Below are positions 50,492 to 63,096 of a DNA stretch of 64,000 bases, piece after piece (within the stretch, counting starts at the first letter, position 1; every line of letters starts with the position of its first letter). The notes below the pieces were generated by a model. That model was not told where the DNA came from, did no database searches, and saw only the letters and a program-made list of their open reading frames with translations. Origin of the DNA: Hyphochytrium catenoides (lineage: Eukaryota > Protista > Hyphochytriomycota); assembly GCA_900088475.1 (NCBI GenBank), contig FLMG01004277.1, positions 49,141-113,140 on the forward strand, in the 5' to 3' direction. A program made the translations under genes and the position numbers.

Positions 50492-51061
50492 ATGGCAACT
50501 CAATCCGACATCGGTGGGGCCCCCACGCAGCGGGCGGCCAGAAGTGGTCAACAGTATGAAGTGCTGCCTGAAGATTATGTGCATTCAATGCCTTGGACAG
50601 GCATCCTCGCACTTAGTCTGGCTTGGGGTCTGACGGGTTTTCTAGGAACTGCTATCAACCTTTCTTCAATGGAAACGACAATCTGGGTCGCCAACTATGT
50701 TTGTCTGGCAGTAGTCCTCCTATCTGATGAAAGAATCGCAAGAAACATCATCAGCGTCGCCATCTTGGGTGCGGTATGGATAGCGCTGGTGCAAACAGTT
50801 CTGAGGAGCGGCTACTTCGAGAGTAATCCTACCGCTCGCTCACTGTGGAAGCAAATGAAAGGCCAGTCCAATGTCTACATATTTCTGAGATTTCTCGCCT
50901 ATGCGCTCATGAAGCATGCCAAGTATAGCACTATCGCGGCTCTGGGAGGGAGCGCACTGCGCAGCTGGTTTTTCAAAGGCAAGCCTCGCTTTCCAGAGGA
51001 GGAGCTACCTGAGGGGGCCATGCTATCCAACGAGGCTGACGGAAAGCCAAAGACCGATTAG
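50492..51061 (+). CDS. Hypothetical 189-aa multi-pass membrane protein, intronless
   Basis: Clean ATG-to-TAG ORF with 3-4 hydrophobic segments and hydrophilic termini; no family recognised. Confidence 0.65.
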   Translation: MATQSDIGGAPTQRAARSGQQYEVLPEDYVHSMPWTGILALSLAWGLTGFLGTAINLSSMETTIWVANYVCLAVVLLSDERIARNIISVAILGAVWIALVQTVLRSGYFESNPTARSLWKQMKGQSNVYIFLRFLAYALMKHAKYSTIAALGGSALRSWFFKGKPRFPEEELPEGAMLSNEADGKPKTD

Positions 51062-51497
51062 GAGCCACCCTATGACTCACTCTCTCATATATGCTGCGAA
51101 TGCTGAAGATCATAATGGTAAATGGTCTTTGGCCCGTCCCAAGGGAGACACAATGATCAAAGCTGAGTTCCAGGACGCCACGTGCAGCGAAGCTGCCTCA
51201 GAACAGTAGAAAGCTGCAGAAAAGGATTAAGGAAATGAGAACAGGAATATAAGGGATGGCTTGGCCCTCAGCGAACATGGTCTAGGGAATGGCTGCGGGC
51301 ATCCTGGAAGCTTGAGAAAGACAGTGTCTAGCTCTTTAATGCAAACTGTACGACTGTTAATAGAGGATTTCAAACTGGGAAAGGAGAAAGTGCTAAAAGT
51401 GCATGAGGTCAAAATTTTCTCTCTATCCCTCTATCTGCCTCCTTTAATTTCCTACTCCTCTCACAAGCGCCTGTCGCCCACTCCAAAACCACTCCAG

Positions 51498-53780
51498 CTA
51501 TGCAGCTTGTTGCTCTATCAGGGCGAGCCTCTCCCGTAGCTGTGATGACCGCGTTAAGAGATCACCGTCGCTAAGTAACGTGGTGCTTGTCCTTGCAGGA
51601 GTTTGCAGTGTGGCCTGGGTGAAGAGCTGCCGCCCGATCTCTCCTTCTGAAGGTTGGTCAAACTGCGGCCTCGTGTCTTCCGTGACAATGGAGTTCGTAG
51701 CCCGCAACACTGCGAGATTACTTCGCGTTCGGAAGGCAGACCGCCTCTTCTCCTTCTTTTTGCTTGCTGTCTGTGTAACTGGGTCCTCAGAGGGACAGGG
51801 AGTCACTGAAGGAGGATTATTGGTCGCGTAAGAGAACAGCTGCTTTCCTACATCCCCAAACATCAATGCAGATTTTTCCCGGAAGAGAGGACGCGCGTCT
51901 ACATCGTGCCGATCCTCGGCATCTGCATCAGATCCTTTCTTCGTCGTCCAGTCCTTCCTTTCGTGGTTGCTGTCACATGTGTATCGAGGGTCTTTATAGG
52001 AGAAATAAGGAGGATGGACGACTGACGGGCGCAGCCTCTGTTTGATCCGACCATCTTCTCCAGGGACATAGCTGAGAGAGCTCTTATTCTTCTTCTTAGG
52101 CTTGGAGGGAGAGACGGAGGGGCGAGAAGAAGGTATGCTGTATCTGTTAGTGTCGCGATGCACTGGGGACGGAGAGCATGAGAGGGACGCTGTCGAAGCT
52201 TGGGAAGACGGGGACGGGCCAGTGTTGGGCGCTCCTCCTGTATCCTCATCGCACATTGAGGTTCGCACTGCCTTGACTGCAGAGGGAGCAACTGGATCCT
52301 CTGGCACAAGAGCATCGCTGATGCGCTGAGCCTCTCTCAGAGAGTTGGCAGAGTCTCTTTTCGCACGTCTTTCAGCGCTGTTCCCCTCCTGCCTCTTTCC
52401 AAGAGCGCCTGCGTTCTCTATTCCGCTGAGTTCTATTGATATAGCAGGAACGCCGTCCTTACGCCTAAAGGAGCTCGACGAAGCTTTTCTATGAAGAGAG
52501 GTAGAATGCAATGGGAGAGAAGATATCGTACTCTCGAAACCATTCGAGTTTTTCCTCCCCATGGGCTTGCTCACGTCAATTCCCTCCTGCTGCTTCACTT
52601 GGCCATTCTTTGAGAGCTGCCTGTTGGTGCTGAGTGATTGAGATGACAGCTTTCTTTGGACAAGAAGGCGCCATGAGGAAGATTCGAGAGAGACACCAGC
52701 CTCTTCCTGTCCTCTGCAGTCCTTTCGCCAGGAGCTTGTAGGTCGTAGAGCAGGGTTGGAAGTAGGCGTTTTGAAGGATCCGTGATATGAGGCAGTTCTC
52801 CTAACCGAGGGAGCACTAGTTCTGAAGCTCTGCTTTTTCCTAAGGGCTCCTCCCAATCCTTCGCTAAGTAGAGTCATATCTCTGGGGTCATATGCCTTCA
52901 AGAAACTTGCTCTAAAGCTCTTCACTTTCCGAAGCCCGTCTTCCGCTTCTCCTCCAAGCTTCCTTGCCGCCAGCTCTGCCAGCGTTTGCGCTCCTGCCAT
53001 GGAGATCCCCACTTCTCTTATATCTTTCACTGGCTTCTTTAGGTCCTTTTCCACTCTGTCTCGTGATCTCAGGCGGGGCAGAGGAGCAATGGCCTTCTTC
53101 CGATTAGTGAACGAGAGTTTAGTCTGCAGAGTCAAACTCTTCATGTCTCTTGCAAGGCTCTCCTTGATGCTTGCAGGGTAGAACCTTTCATCTTCAACCT
53201 CCTCTTCTTCAGAGTCATAGACTGACTCTGAAAATACCGCGTCGCTGTCCGTACAATACTCGGCCGACAACAGCCTTTCCAATCTCCCCAGGGTGGCTTT
53301 AACGTCAAAGTTATCCCTCGGTTGTCTTAGGGCCATGGAAAGATAAGTGTTTACCAAGTTGTCGGAGTCTGAATCCTCTGCTTCGTCCTCTGTGGGTTCG
53401 TCAAAATAGCTCTGTCTGTAGCTCTGTGCCTCTGTTTCCATCGGGGAGAGGACGATGCTGTCGATGTCAAAGTACTCAAGTTTGGAGTTCATCCGGGTAC
53501 GGCCGTCTTCTTCCTCTTGCCAAGAAGAAGGGCGACTTTGACTGATCGCCCTTGTGCTTGACGACGTGGCGTAGAGCTTTCTCCTACTATTGCTCACGTA
53601 GTCCTTGAGATAGTCTTCTTCCTCTTCTTCTTCCTCCTCAAACTCACTGGACGTGAGTCGGGAGAAAAATCGGAGATGGGGAAGCTTCTCTCCGGGTGCC
53701 GGTAAGGCAGGCATTGGCCCTCGCAGATTCACAACGTCGCTAAGGTCTACGCGATCACCACGAGGCTGCAGTACTGCTCC
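51498..53780 (-). CDS. Hypothetical low-complexity/disordered protein (>740 aa in one exon); true start uncertain
   Basis: A 744-codon ORF whose frame stays open to ~53780, bounded by a possible TAG acceptor. First ATG at 53714. Rich in S/E/R/K with no domain recognised. Confidence 0.7.
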   Translation of the reverse strand, partial: GAVLQPRGDRVDLSDVVNLRGPMPALPAPGEKLPHLRFFSRLTSSEFEEEEEEEEDYLKDYVSNSRRKLYATSSSTRAISQSRPSSWQEEEDGRTRMNSKLEYFDIDSIVLSPMETEAQSYRQSYFDEPTEDEAEDSDSDNLVNTYLSMALRQPRDNFDVKATLGRLERLLSAEYCTDSDAVFSESVYDSEEEEVEDERFYPASIKESLARDMKSLTLQTKLSFTNRKKAIAPLPRLRSRDRVEKDLKKPVKDIREVGISMAGAQTLAELAARKLGGEAEDGLRKVKSFRASFLKAYDPRDMTLLSEGLGGALRKKQSFRTSAPSVRRTASYHGSFKTPTSNPALRPTSSWRKDCRGQEEAGVSLESSSWRLLVQRKLSSQSLSTNRQLSKNGQVKQQEGIDVSKPMGRKNSNGFESTISSLPLHSTSLHRKASSSSFRRKDGVPAISIELSGIENAGALGKRQEGNSAERRAKRDSANSLREAQRISDALVPEDPVAPSAVKAVRTSMCDEDTGGAPNTGPSPSSQASTASLSCSPSPVHRDTNRYSIPSSRPSVSPSKPKKKNKSSLSYVPGEDGRIKQRLRPSVVHPPYFSYKDPRYTCDSNHERKDWTTKKGSDADAEDRHDVDARPLFREKSALMFGDVGKQLFSYATNNPPSVTPCPSEDPVTQTASKKKEKRRSAFRTRSNLAVLRATNSIVTEDTRPQFDQPSEGEIGRQLFTQATLQTPARTSTTLLSDGDLLTRSSQLRERLALIEQQAA

Positions 53781-54043
53781 CTAACTAGGATCTTTAACTT
53801 TGACTGGCTCTGCGGGGACGAATAGTGTTATGTGGGCGAATAAGGGGATATCGAGAAGATGGTTGCCCTGGTGCCTCTAGCGCTGGCAGGAACCTTTTGT
53901 CACTCTCTTTGTGGAAGAGCCATGAGCTCGCAGTGTAAAGCTTTACTGCCTCCTCCCGCTCTTGTCCTCTCTCGGTGGTTGTTACATTCCCTGGGCCAGG
54001 GGGCTCGCAGAGATTTGGCTCTGTCTTTCCTAATTTCCATAGC

Positions 54044-54120
54044 GCTCTCTCTCTCTCTCTCTCTCTCTCTNNNNNNNNNNNNNNNNNNNNNNCTCTCTCT
54101 CTCTCTTCTCTCTCTCTCCT
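54044..54120. repeat. (CT)n microsatellite spanning an assembly gap (N 54071-54092)
   Basis: Directly visible. Confidence 0.9.
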
Positions 54121-57100
54121 GTGTCGCCACAGGCATGAATGAGTGAGTGAGCTTCGTGATGCCAGCGCCAAAAGATCTTCTACCAAAAGATCCAACCAAC
54201 CCCTACCTCTCCTCTCCTCTTGCTTCCTGTCTTCATCTCCTCTTGTCATTCTCTTCCTGTTCTCTCTCTCTCGCGCACTCACTTCGTCCCTCTCTCTTTC
54301 GTTCTCTGTTACGGGGTATTAATAGTGTCTTCAGCTCCACTCTGTCTGTCACTCTGTCTCGAGTGTACATACGGAAGAGTGTGAAGCTGCAGGGACTGGA
54401 CCTTTACCATCGTCGCTGAACCTCACCCCTATCAGGAATAACACCGACGTTTGTTTCAGTTCTATTCATGAAAGAAAGAAACCTTCCTTTATCCTGCAAT
54501 TGCAGAGGCTGAAGATTCCCAGTCAATTGAACAGGTTTCAAACCACATTACATTTACGATAATATCGCTACCTATTCTGTACAGAGGCAGTAACATCTGT
54601 CAAGGTGCCATCACTCTGTTTGGCCAATCAAAAGACAGCGATCTATCGAAAAAGGGACAAACTGCCGTCTTTTGTATGGTGGACCCATTATGACAGAACG
54701 CTCCTCTTCGTCCTGGTATTACTACGAATCAAAGGGGAGGTTGAAGGCATTGTGAGCCACAAGCTGGCGGGCCATATTACTAGAGGAAGCAGCCATCATC
54801 ACCAACCGCACGAAAGAGCGAAGAGTCACACTTCCTGTCTGATAATTCCCTAGTGCATTTCTTTTAGGAAACTAATGCCAGGCCGTATGTATCATGAGGT
54901 TATGCCTCCTGCATCTTCAGGCACTAGCTCTTCGGCCTTCCGTCGTCCGGCTCCTCCTTTATTTATTAGTTCTCCGAGTAAGAGGTGAAGAGTGACATGA
55001 TTCTTCTTTGCCCTCAATAGTAGTTCTAGATCTATCGCTGGCTTGGCAGGATCTTCTTTGTGTCTCTTCGTTATCAAGGGCTCTTTCTCCCGCCAGAAGC
55101 ATCAGCAAGCAGAGTGGAAAGAGGAACTGATAGTTAGACCACCTCCTCCTGGGCTTCTAGATTCCCTGCTGCTGGTGCTGCTTCTTGCCCTTGCTTCTCG
55201 TCTCTTTTGCCAATCATTTCATTGCAAGTTACTACGAGGAGGATAAGGGCTAAAAAGTCTGTTAAAGATGGAGGCGCGAAGCCGCCATGAAGTCTGGCGG
55301 ACATGGTGGAGCCCAGACGGAGAAGTAGTGATACATGGAAGTAAAGACCATCAAGAAGACCAACAAAGAAAGAGGAGAACTGCTTACTGTTGGTGGCAAC
55401 AACCTTTGCTTTCGCAGTGGAAAGACTGATCCGGAATCCAATGCTGGATAATGAGAAGCAACATCTCTGTCTGGCGCAGGCAGCAGCAGCCTTGGGGCCC
55501 GCCGTTTTTGTTGTTGGTGGACCTCTTCCAACAAGAGAGCATTGAGGAAGCTAGTCGCATTTATCCAGCCCACCAGTCTATATATTAATACAAGGAAATG
55601 ATGAAGACTTAGCTCGACGAGAGAGGCATCAATCATGGAAAGAGCAGTGATGGATGTAACCCATGAACCTTCTGGTAGGGCCTTATAATACAAAGCACAG
55701 GTTAATATATCCTTTGTTAAGTTTCCCATTCTGCTTCTACTAGCGATCACCTTCGCTCCTAACCATCTGCTGCCAGTCATAAGCACTGAACTACCGCATT
55801 ATTCTTGATGAAAAAGGACGACATGCCGTCCAGCCCAACTACTTTAGAGGTGTAAGCCGGACTTTGTAAATGGATGAGCTGCTCATGGAGGCGGGGAAAC
55901 TCTTCTTCGTTCTTGACATCAGACCTCTTCAGCTGTGGAGATCTTATATACCGCCGACGGACGTTAGGAAATGAACTGGGAATAAGAAAGCAAGTCACGT
56001 TGTTCGAGGTGCTGAAACCTCTTGTTGCAGTGGCAATAGGTTGTTGAAAAGCTGCAGGAATTCTTCACATCGCTCAGGCACTTCTTCGCAACCGAGTTGC
56101 TACTATACTGGTGGTAGGTGAAGAGATACTCGTGGGACATTATTAGCCACGCCTTACCGATCACCTTCACCATCATCGCGAGTGCTTCAAATTGACCTCT
56201 TGGGAAGAGTTCCTCTATGACCTGGTACTACCCTACTACTAAGCAGGTTCAAGGTAGGGAAAGAGAGCTAGGGAGACCTCATAAAACTTGAAACTCCTAC
56301 TAAGACAAAAATAAAAGGTGTGGAAGGGCAAGGGGAACAATAGAGACTACGAGCTAGCAGCAGGCTGGCACAGCATACTACGGGCAATAACCAGGGCTGG
56401 GAGGCCAACACGTCGGCTGTTCTTTCGCTGCCGCAGATGAAGAGAGAGGAGTTTTTACGGAGACTGTCGCATGAACATCAAGAAGGACTCCGGCTTAGAA
56501 GAGAAGTACTCGATGTTCAAGCTCCCAATTGGTTGCATTCCTGGACGACTTGGTCCTCCATAATTAATAAGCTGGATGCTGAGGGGCTCCAAAGAACCTT
56601 GTACGGGTAACCTCTATGGCGATGGCCCATCAGTGCCTTTCTGATACTCCAGCATGCACCAACCGGCGATGATCAAGAGGGTCTGATGATGCCAGATCCC
56701 ACCAAAAGCGAACCATTCACACACATCAACTCCAAGAGAGATTTCTATGGCTTCAGGGACACAGATAGTTGTAGAAGACCATACCCGAAGCTTTACCGGC
56801 CACCAGCACATATCCTCATCTTTTGAAGATGATAGGCTTCTCGGGCGGCTAACAAAGCCTTCTCGAGGATACTTCCTCGCGAATATGCAAATTTCCTGGA
56901 AGACATCTTGGCTGAGGCTAAAGTATACCGTTTACTAGCATTACTGCTGAGAGCTTGTTGTTGCCGGATGCGCTGGCTGCACAACATCCCGAATGTTTTG
57001 GACCCTACTACTCTTGATAGTTAGGAGGAACGAAAGCTCAAAGCGCTCATAAAGAGGCTCAAGAGCCTCACCCGGTGGCTGTAGAAGCATTGAAGGACGA

Positions 57101-58709
57101 ATGAGTCCTGCCTTCAGCCACGATCAGCCATCATCTCAGCCACCATTACAGATACTTTCTTCCGACCACTTTGGCTGGGGTGATCGCAGGACTTTGAATC
57201 ATCAAACAACTCTTTCCCTGATGTTGATGCACCTGTGCCCCTGTCGATAATAATTAAAAAATACTGTCGCCGGAGGATAGAGAAACTGGACGTAAATATC
57301 TCTGACATCCAATGGCTCTCCAGAGTTTAGGGTTCCTAGTTCTAATTCGGCGTCTTCAAGTACCTCGAGCGGATAATAAGGCCTGCCTTACTACCACAAG
57401 TAGAACAAGGACCTATAAAAACGGTGAGGTGGCCAGTGTGGACACCAGGCATTGGGTAGACGAAGGTTGGAGACCCTGCAAAGATGACAATCAGCTGCCC
57501 TGACAGTAATAATATCTAGAGTTGGCTCCACTAATCCTATTTCTCATCAGCGGTAATACTTTATAATTAAAGGCCTTATTTACTGTGATCTAGTCGTCTT
57601 TAGACCGACTGCGCCTCAAAGGACCCCCCAAGGACAGTGTAACTCTGGTTCTGGAACAAACCAGTGCAGCTCCCCCTCAGCCCTAAGAATTAGCCCTGGC
57701 ATGCGCCTCATACGTAAAAGCCCTATAGACGAATATGCGGTGGTCTGACATTAGCCTTTAGCATTAGTAAAGACTATCTTGAACGAGAGAAATGACTCTT
57801 AGCTATTCATCAAGAGGAAGGCTCTGTCTGTACAAGCCCCGCATATTCACAGTGACGCAGGCCAGGTGCAGGCAGGGACTCAACAAGACACAGAAGGGAC
57901 GTCAAAAAAAAGAACTTATTTGGCCCTCCCTCAAATGGAGACTAGAGAAAGAGAATCCTCGCATCTTGATGGTAATGGACCCATCAGAGAAAATATCTCT
58001 TGGCATCCTTCTGTATGGCATTCGGTATGGCTGTCTTCCTCCTCACTTGCTACCGGATGCGCCAACGATCCTGCAACCATGGTACGGAAGCTTAACAAAA
58101 GTAAGCTTGGGGCAGTCATCGCCGATGATTGGGACAGTTGCACAGGATTGAAAATGATGAAAACGCTTCCCACGTTTGACCAAGGAACAGCTTGTAGCTC
58201 TTTGTATATAGGACTCGAGAGGAGGAGAGATTTACCATGACCGCCACCTGGACCACCATTTTGCAGCTGCTATCGTGTGCGATCTTCCGCACTTCTTTGA
58301 TGCAAAATGACACCAGATGGTACCCTAATGGCAAAACGGGGCTTGCCTACTGACGTTCAGCAAAGATGATGAGAAGACGAGTGAACGGTAACAAGCGGCA
58401 GGCGAGTACTGACGCACCCTACACCATGCCCTAACTTCCTCTTCTCCTTCCTTCTGTCAATGGGTACCAGACCTTCTTGATGACGGCTAGTGACTCCGCC
58501 AGCCTGCTCACGTTAATAAACTACCACGTAAAGCTAACGATGCTAAATTCAGAAGTTGACTGCTGGTATCTTAGTGTGGCTCGTCTTTCTCTTTCCCAGC
58601 TGGATGTGTCTGTCACTTTCCTATTTCCAACACGAGGGTCAAGCGTGAGATACAGCAGCGATACGCCACAGCATCCTGTAGCCAGACACTGAAGTGCACC
58701 ACTGACACA

Positions 58710-59573
58710 ATGGCCGACGAAGAGGTAGATTTCCAACGTGTAGTTGAGGAGCGCGACGTGGAGATTGGAGGACTCAAAGAAGCAGACTCTTCCAGCGGAA
58801 AGAAGCATGGCCTCGTATTTGGTTATCGGTTGACGGAAAAGCTAAACGGGGACTTTTACAGAGCTGTGGCTGGCGAGTTCTTCGGGACCCTGATGTTCTT
58901 GTGGTATACCATTACGGCAGTGGTCTTCTTCAGAGTGCCCACGTTTGATGTGGAGTCCTTGCCAGCAAATTCGAACCCTTCCTTCTCGGAGGGAGACTCT
59001 GCCACCCAACTTATGATCGCCTTCTCCTTTGGTATTTCTATTGCAGTGCTCGTCTACTGGTTCGCTGGCGTCTCTGGTGGACATATCAACCCTGCCGTAT
59101 CTCTTGGACTCTTTATCTGCAAGAGAGTTTCATTTCTTCGTGCGGCAGCCTACACTGCCGCCCAAATGGTTGGTGCTATCGTCGGTACTGCAATCGCTAA
59201 AGGCGTAAACCCCAGCCTCTTTGATGCTGCCAATGGAGGGGCCAACGTAGTATCTCCTATCCTGACTGATGGGGAGGCGTTTCTCGGTGAGCTCATGGGC
59301 ACTGCAGGCCTTGTTTTTACGGTCTGCATGGCTTGCGACAAGCGAAGTGCCGGCAATTTCGTTTCAGCATTAACCATTGGTTTATCAGTCTTCATTGCCC
59401 ACATCGCTCTCATCCCTATCACTGGCACCTCTGTCAACCCTGCTAGGTCTTTCGGACCAGCAGTAGTTGCTGATGCCTGGGAAGACCAGTGGATCTTCTG
59501 GATTGCCCCTTACACTGGTGCTATTGTTGCTGCCCTTGTCTATCAACTCCTTTTCCGGTCTAAGGACGATTAG
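58710..59573 (+). CDS. Aquaporin (MIP family), PIP/AQP1-like, intronless
   Basis: FYRAVAGEFFGTLMF, SGGHINPAVS, GTSVNPARSFGPAV and WEDQWIFWIAP; two NPA boxes and six TM helices; ar/R filter read as F-H-T-R. Confidence 0.96.
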   Translation: MADEEVDFQRVVEERDVEIGGLKEADSSSGKKHGLVFGYRLTEKLNGDFYRAVAGEFFGTLMFLWYTITAVVFFRVPTFDVESLPANSNPSFSEGDSATQLMIAFSFGISIAVLVYWFAGVSGGHINPAVSLGLFICKRVSFLRAAAYTAAQMVGAIVGTAIAKGVNPSLFDAANGGANVVSPILTDGEAFLGELMGTAGLVFTVCMACDKRSAGNFVSALTIGLSVFIAHIALIPITGTSVNPARSFGPAVVADAWEDQWIFWIAPYTGAIVAALVYQLLFRSKDD

Positions 59574-61190
59574 GCTTATAGATGTGTCATCATACCACGG
59601 ACAAACATCATTGTAGTAGCTACCGCCACAACAACATGACTGTTGGTTTACATAACTCTTCCATATGTCTATGCATAAGACTACATTCTGTCTTTATTAC
59701 TGGCTGTCTAGTCTTCAGAGTGGTCGGATCACCGAACCCTGGGCGATGAAAGGACTAGACCTTATAGTGATAAACAAAGAAGCACCGAGGTAGTATCACA
59801 CACAACATAACTCTCGTTAGGTTGGGTATCGGACAAACTTATTATATCCACAGCCAAGGGAAGGAACTAGGACTCTTCTCTTGGCGAAACTAGCTTTGAT
59901 GCACCCGCTGTATAGCCCTGCTCCCCTCGCCTCTGCTTGTCAGCACCGTCAACCACAAAGAAGCTACTGATAAACTGTTGAACACGTTGTCGGGCATGAT
60001 GTGTCGTCAGGGTGGTGATGATGCGTCTGAACTCCTGCCTTCAGTCTGGCGCCAGCCAGATCACTATCTCTTCTTTTGCAATTTTACACACTTCATCGAG
60101 GACGTACATGTGCAAGGTGTGTGAACTCGAACAGGTCGTTGTAGGATAGTTGGTACCGGCTACATTTCCAAACCTTCTATAAAGATTTGTCATAAACTCC
60201 TTTTGAATGGAGGTTATTCCTAACAAGATACCCAGGTCTCAAAAAGGGTGTCCCCTTAACAAAATTGGGTTTAGGAGCTCGACATAGACCGGTGATTCTG
60301 AAAACTAGTTAACTGAGTTTGATAAATGGTTTAGGAGCCTCTTCCTCCACTTTCTTCGTCCTTTTTGGTCGATGGTTGGCAGCGGAGGAAGGAAGCGGAG
60401 GACATCTGGAAACGAATCTCTCTCGCTCTCTGTCTCCCCATTGTCCCTCTCTGTCTCCCCGTTCCCTAGCCATTTTCTAACTTTCGCGCTCTCTCTATAG
60501 ACTCTGTCTCCCTCTCTTTCTCTCTGTCGTCCTCTCTGTCTCACTTCTCTTCCTCCTCCATTCTCTTTGAACTCCTCGTCGTGAACTTTTTACACTTCGT
60601 TACCTTCTCATTTCTCTCCTTTATCGCCTTTTCTCTATGTCTCTTTTCTCTTTATCCACAGCCAGCGAACGAGCCTTGCTCGCGTCTTCGTGGTCGCTCT
60701 ACCTCGAGACGAGAACTCCATTTATAAGCGTCCGAATCTCCATTTATCGGCATTTTCAAAGCATCTCCTTGGAGGAATGTCCTGCATGGGTCTTCAGGCT
60801 TCTCTAAGTCTCTGAGCCAGAAAGAAAGGAAAGAAGATAAGCCCGTGCACAGTTAGAGAACGCTTGTGCCCTTCTTTGGTGTCTCCTTGCCTGTGAGAAT
60901 CATGGCTCTACTATGGGCGGAGATTTGTGATTAGATAGATGCCGCGACCAGATAGGGCTAAGGTGCCTCTTCACACTATGGAAACGTGCAGCTTGTGGGG
61001 CCTACAGTGCCTGTGAAGGCCGTTGTAAGATGTGGTAGATTAGCTGGATGGCTGTCTAGCCTCTTACTCAGAAGAGCAAGCGCTTACTTACAGACCTCTT
61101 AGGTCTTACAAAGCTATCTGGTGTGCTTCATTTGGGCCATAAGCTCGTTGAAGCGCAAAAAGTTGGCCAGACGGAAACTAGTCTACGCCA

Positions 61191-63096
61191 ATGGATGCAG
61201 CCATAGCGCAGGATGGCGCGAGAGCTAAGTCAGTGGTGCAAGTGCTGGCCTGTGTGCTGGAGCGGCTTGTCAGCGCGAACAATAAGGTATTTGACAGCGA
61301 GTGAATCATGCGTGAAGCTTCTTCCCTCTACTCTTCCCAGGCGTGGCCTTACTCCTCGCCCTCCTCAGCCTCTCGTCTCGTTTGCCTCTCCATCACTTCT
61401 TTGTCCTTTTCTGTACTTCGCTGTCCCTTCCTACCCCCTCGGTGCCTGGGCGTGGCGCGGAAGTCTTACTCTTGTCCTTACTTCTTCCATTCTAGCTTCA
61501 AGACACGGGAATGATCACGAAGTTCCACGCGTTAAGGCCCCCCGGAATATCCATTCATAGTTACCTTGACAGGTAGGGCGACTTCGTTGTGCAGTGTGTG
61601 ACCTTTGTCTTGCTCGCCCGCCCGCTTTTGAAGTTGTTCTCAGTTCAATCACTTGGCCGTCATCCCCTTTCTTCCCGACAGCACCTCTCTTTAAATCGAC
61701 GCACAGGCCCTTATTAACTGCTTACCTGTGTGCCATCATTAACCTTCCGTCTGACTGGCTCCTTTGTTCGCCCTCACCTTCTGCCTTCTTAACTTCTGCA
61801 CCAACTGCAAGCGGGCTCCTCTCTCCCTCTCTCTCTTTCTCTTGGTATGCAGCTGTTGCTGCCTCGGACTGTTGTCCACCGAGCTCACCGATAACCTTCG
61901 TCTTTTCACCCCTGTTTGCAGGATACATAAGTATGCATCATGCAGCACTGAATGCTTTGTTCTCTCACTCGTCTACATCGACCGTCTTATTCAAAGGAAC
62001 AACTTCATTCTGAACTCTCTTAACGTGCACAGGATCATCATTACGAGGTAAGCGTCTGTCGGCGAGGCCAAAGGCGGGAAGCAACAAACAGCTGGAGAGT
62101 AATTGGGAATGTGAGAGAGAGAGAGAGAGAAAAGAGGTGGGAACGAGAGACAGATGACGCGTGAGAGACAGTATGCATTGGAAAATTCCCATTTGTATGG
62201 GCCACAGTCAATGTCGGAGGGCCAGCCAATGGAGAATGACCCTCTTCAGTTCACTTCGTCTAAAGGGCGACGAAGACAAATAGAAGAGGGCTTCAGCAAA
62301 GATCGATAGAAAGGGGAAGGAATAGCTAGGTATAGGGAGGTTCGGAAAGGAGGCCGCGGCCTCGAAAGCGGCCAAGAAAGCTGTCTAAACCCCTCTTCCC
62401 CTAGCGTGATGCTCGCAGCCAAGTTTTTCGATGACCAATACTTCAACAACGCCTACTACGCTAAAGTTGGTGGCGTACCCTGTGGGGAAATGAACTCTCT
62501 AGAGCTAGAGTTTCTTTTCCTCATCAACTTCACGCTGCACGTCACGCACGACGCATATCAGAAGTATTATCGCGAGCTAGTGAGCCATTGCAACTATAGC
62601 AGCCCTCTCAAGATATGTCCCTGCGGTGCGTCAATGCGGATCTCTTGGTGTGGTTCCGTCACTTTCCATCCTCTGCTTCTGATACAGAGCGTTGCCTTTC
62701 ATGCGTCCGGTCCCGCTCCCTTAATCTCTTGCCGGCGTAGATCGCTTCTTCTATTCGACGTCTCTTGCCTTATGGGATGTTACTGGCGCTTTCAAGCCGC
62801 ACCTCTTGCCCCTGATACAAGCCTCACACATTGCTGTCTCATTTTCCTCTGGTTCAGGCTCGGACGCCATTAGGAACAGCATTGAGTGCCCTCCTTATAT
62901 TCCTGGATACGTACCCAGCAGCTTCACAGCTCTCACCTTGAAATATACTCAGGAGGGGCCTTTCCTTAGCGACCCAAATAATGGGCGACATAGCACTAGT
63001 GAGACAGAGCAGGAAGCAGGACAGGATGTTGGTGGGCCCACTGACCACCAACAACATGGGGACCAAGCTCGAATGCCCTTAGGCGTTAGTGCCTAA
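61191..63096 (+). CDS. Cyclin U / PHO80-like (P-type) cyclin, 5 exons
   Basis: Spliced: [22 protein letters not shown]|..[19 protein letters not shown]|[32 protein letters not shown]|[41 protein letters not shown]..; stop TAA at 63094-63096. Confidence 0.92.

Noticed and set aside
56614-56811. KDZ-transposase-like motif (CMLEYQKGTDG)
   Set aside because: The resemblance is too weak and the flanking catalytic motifs are absent.
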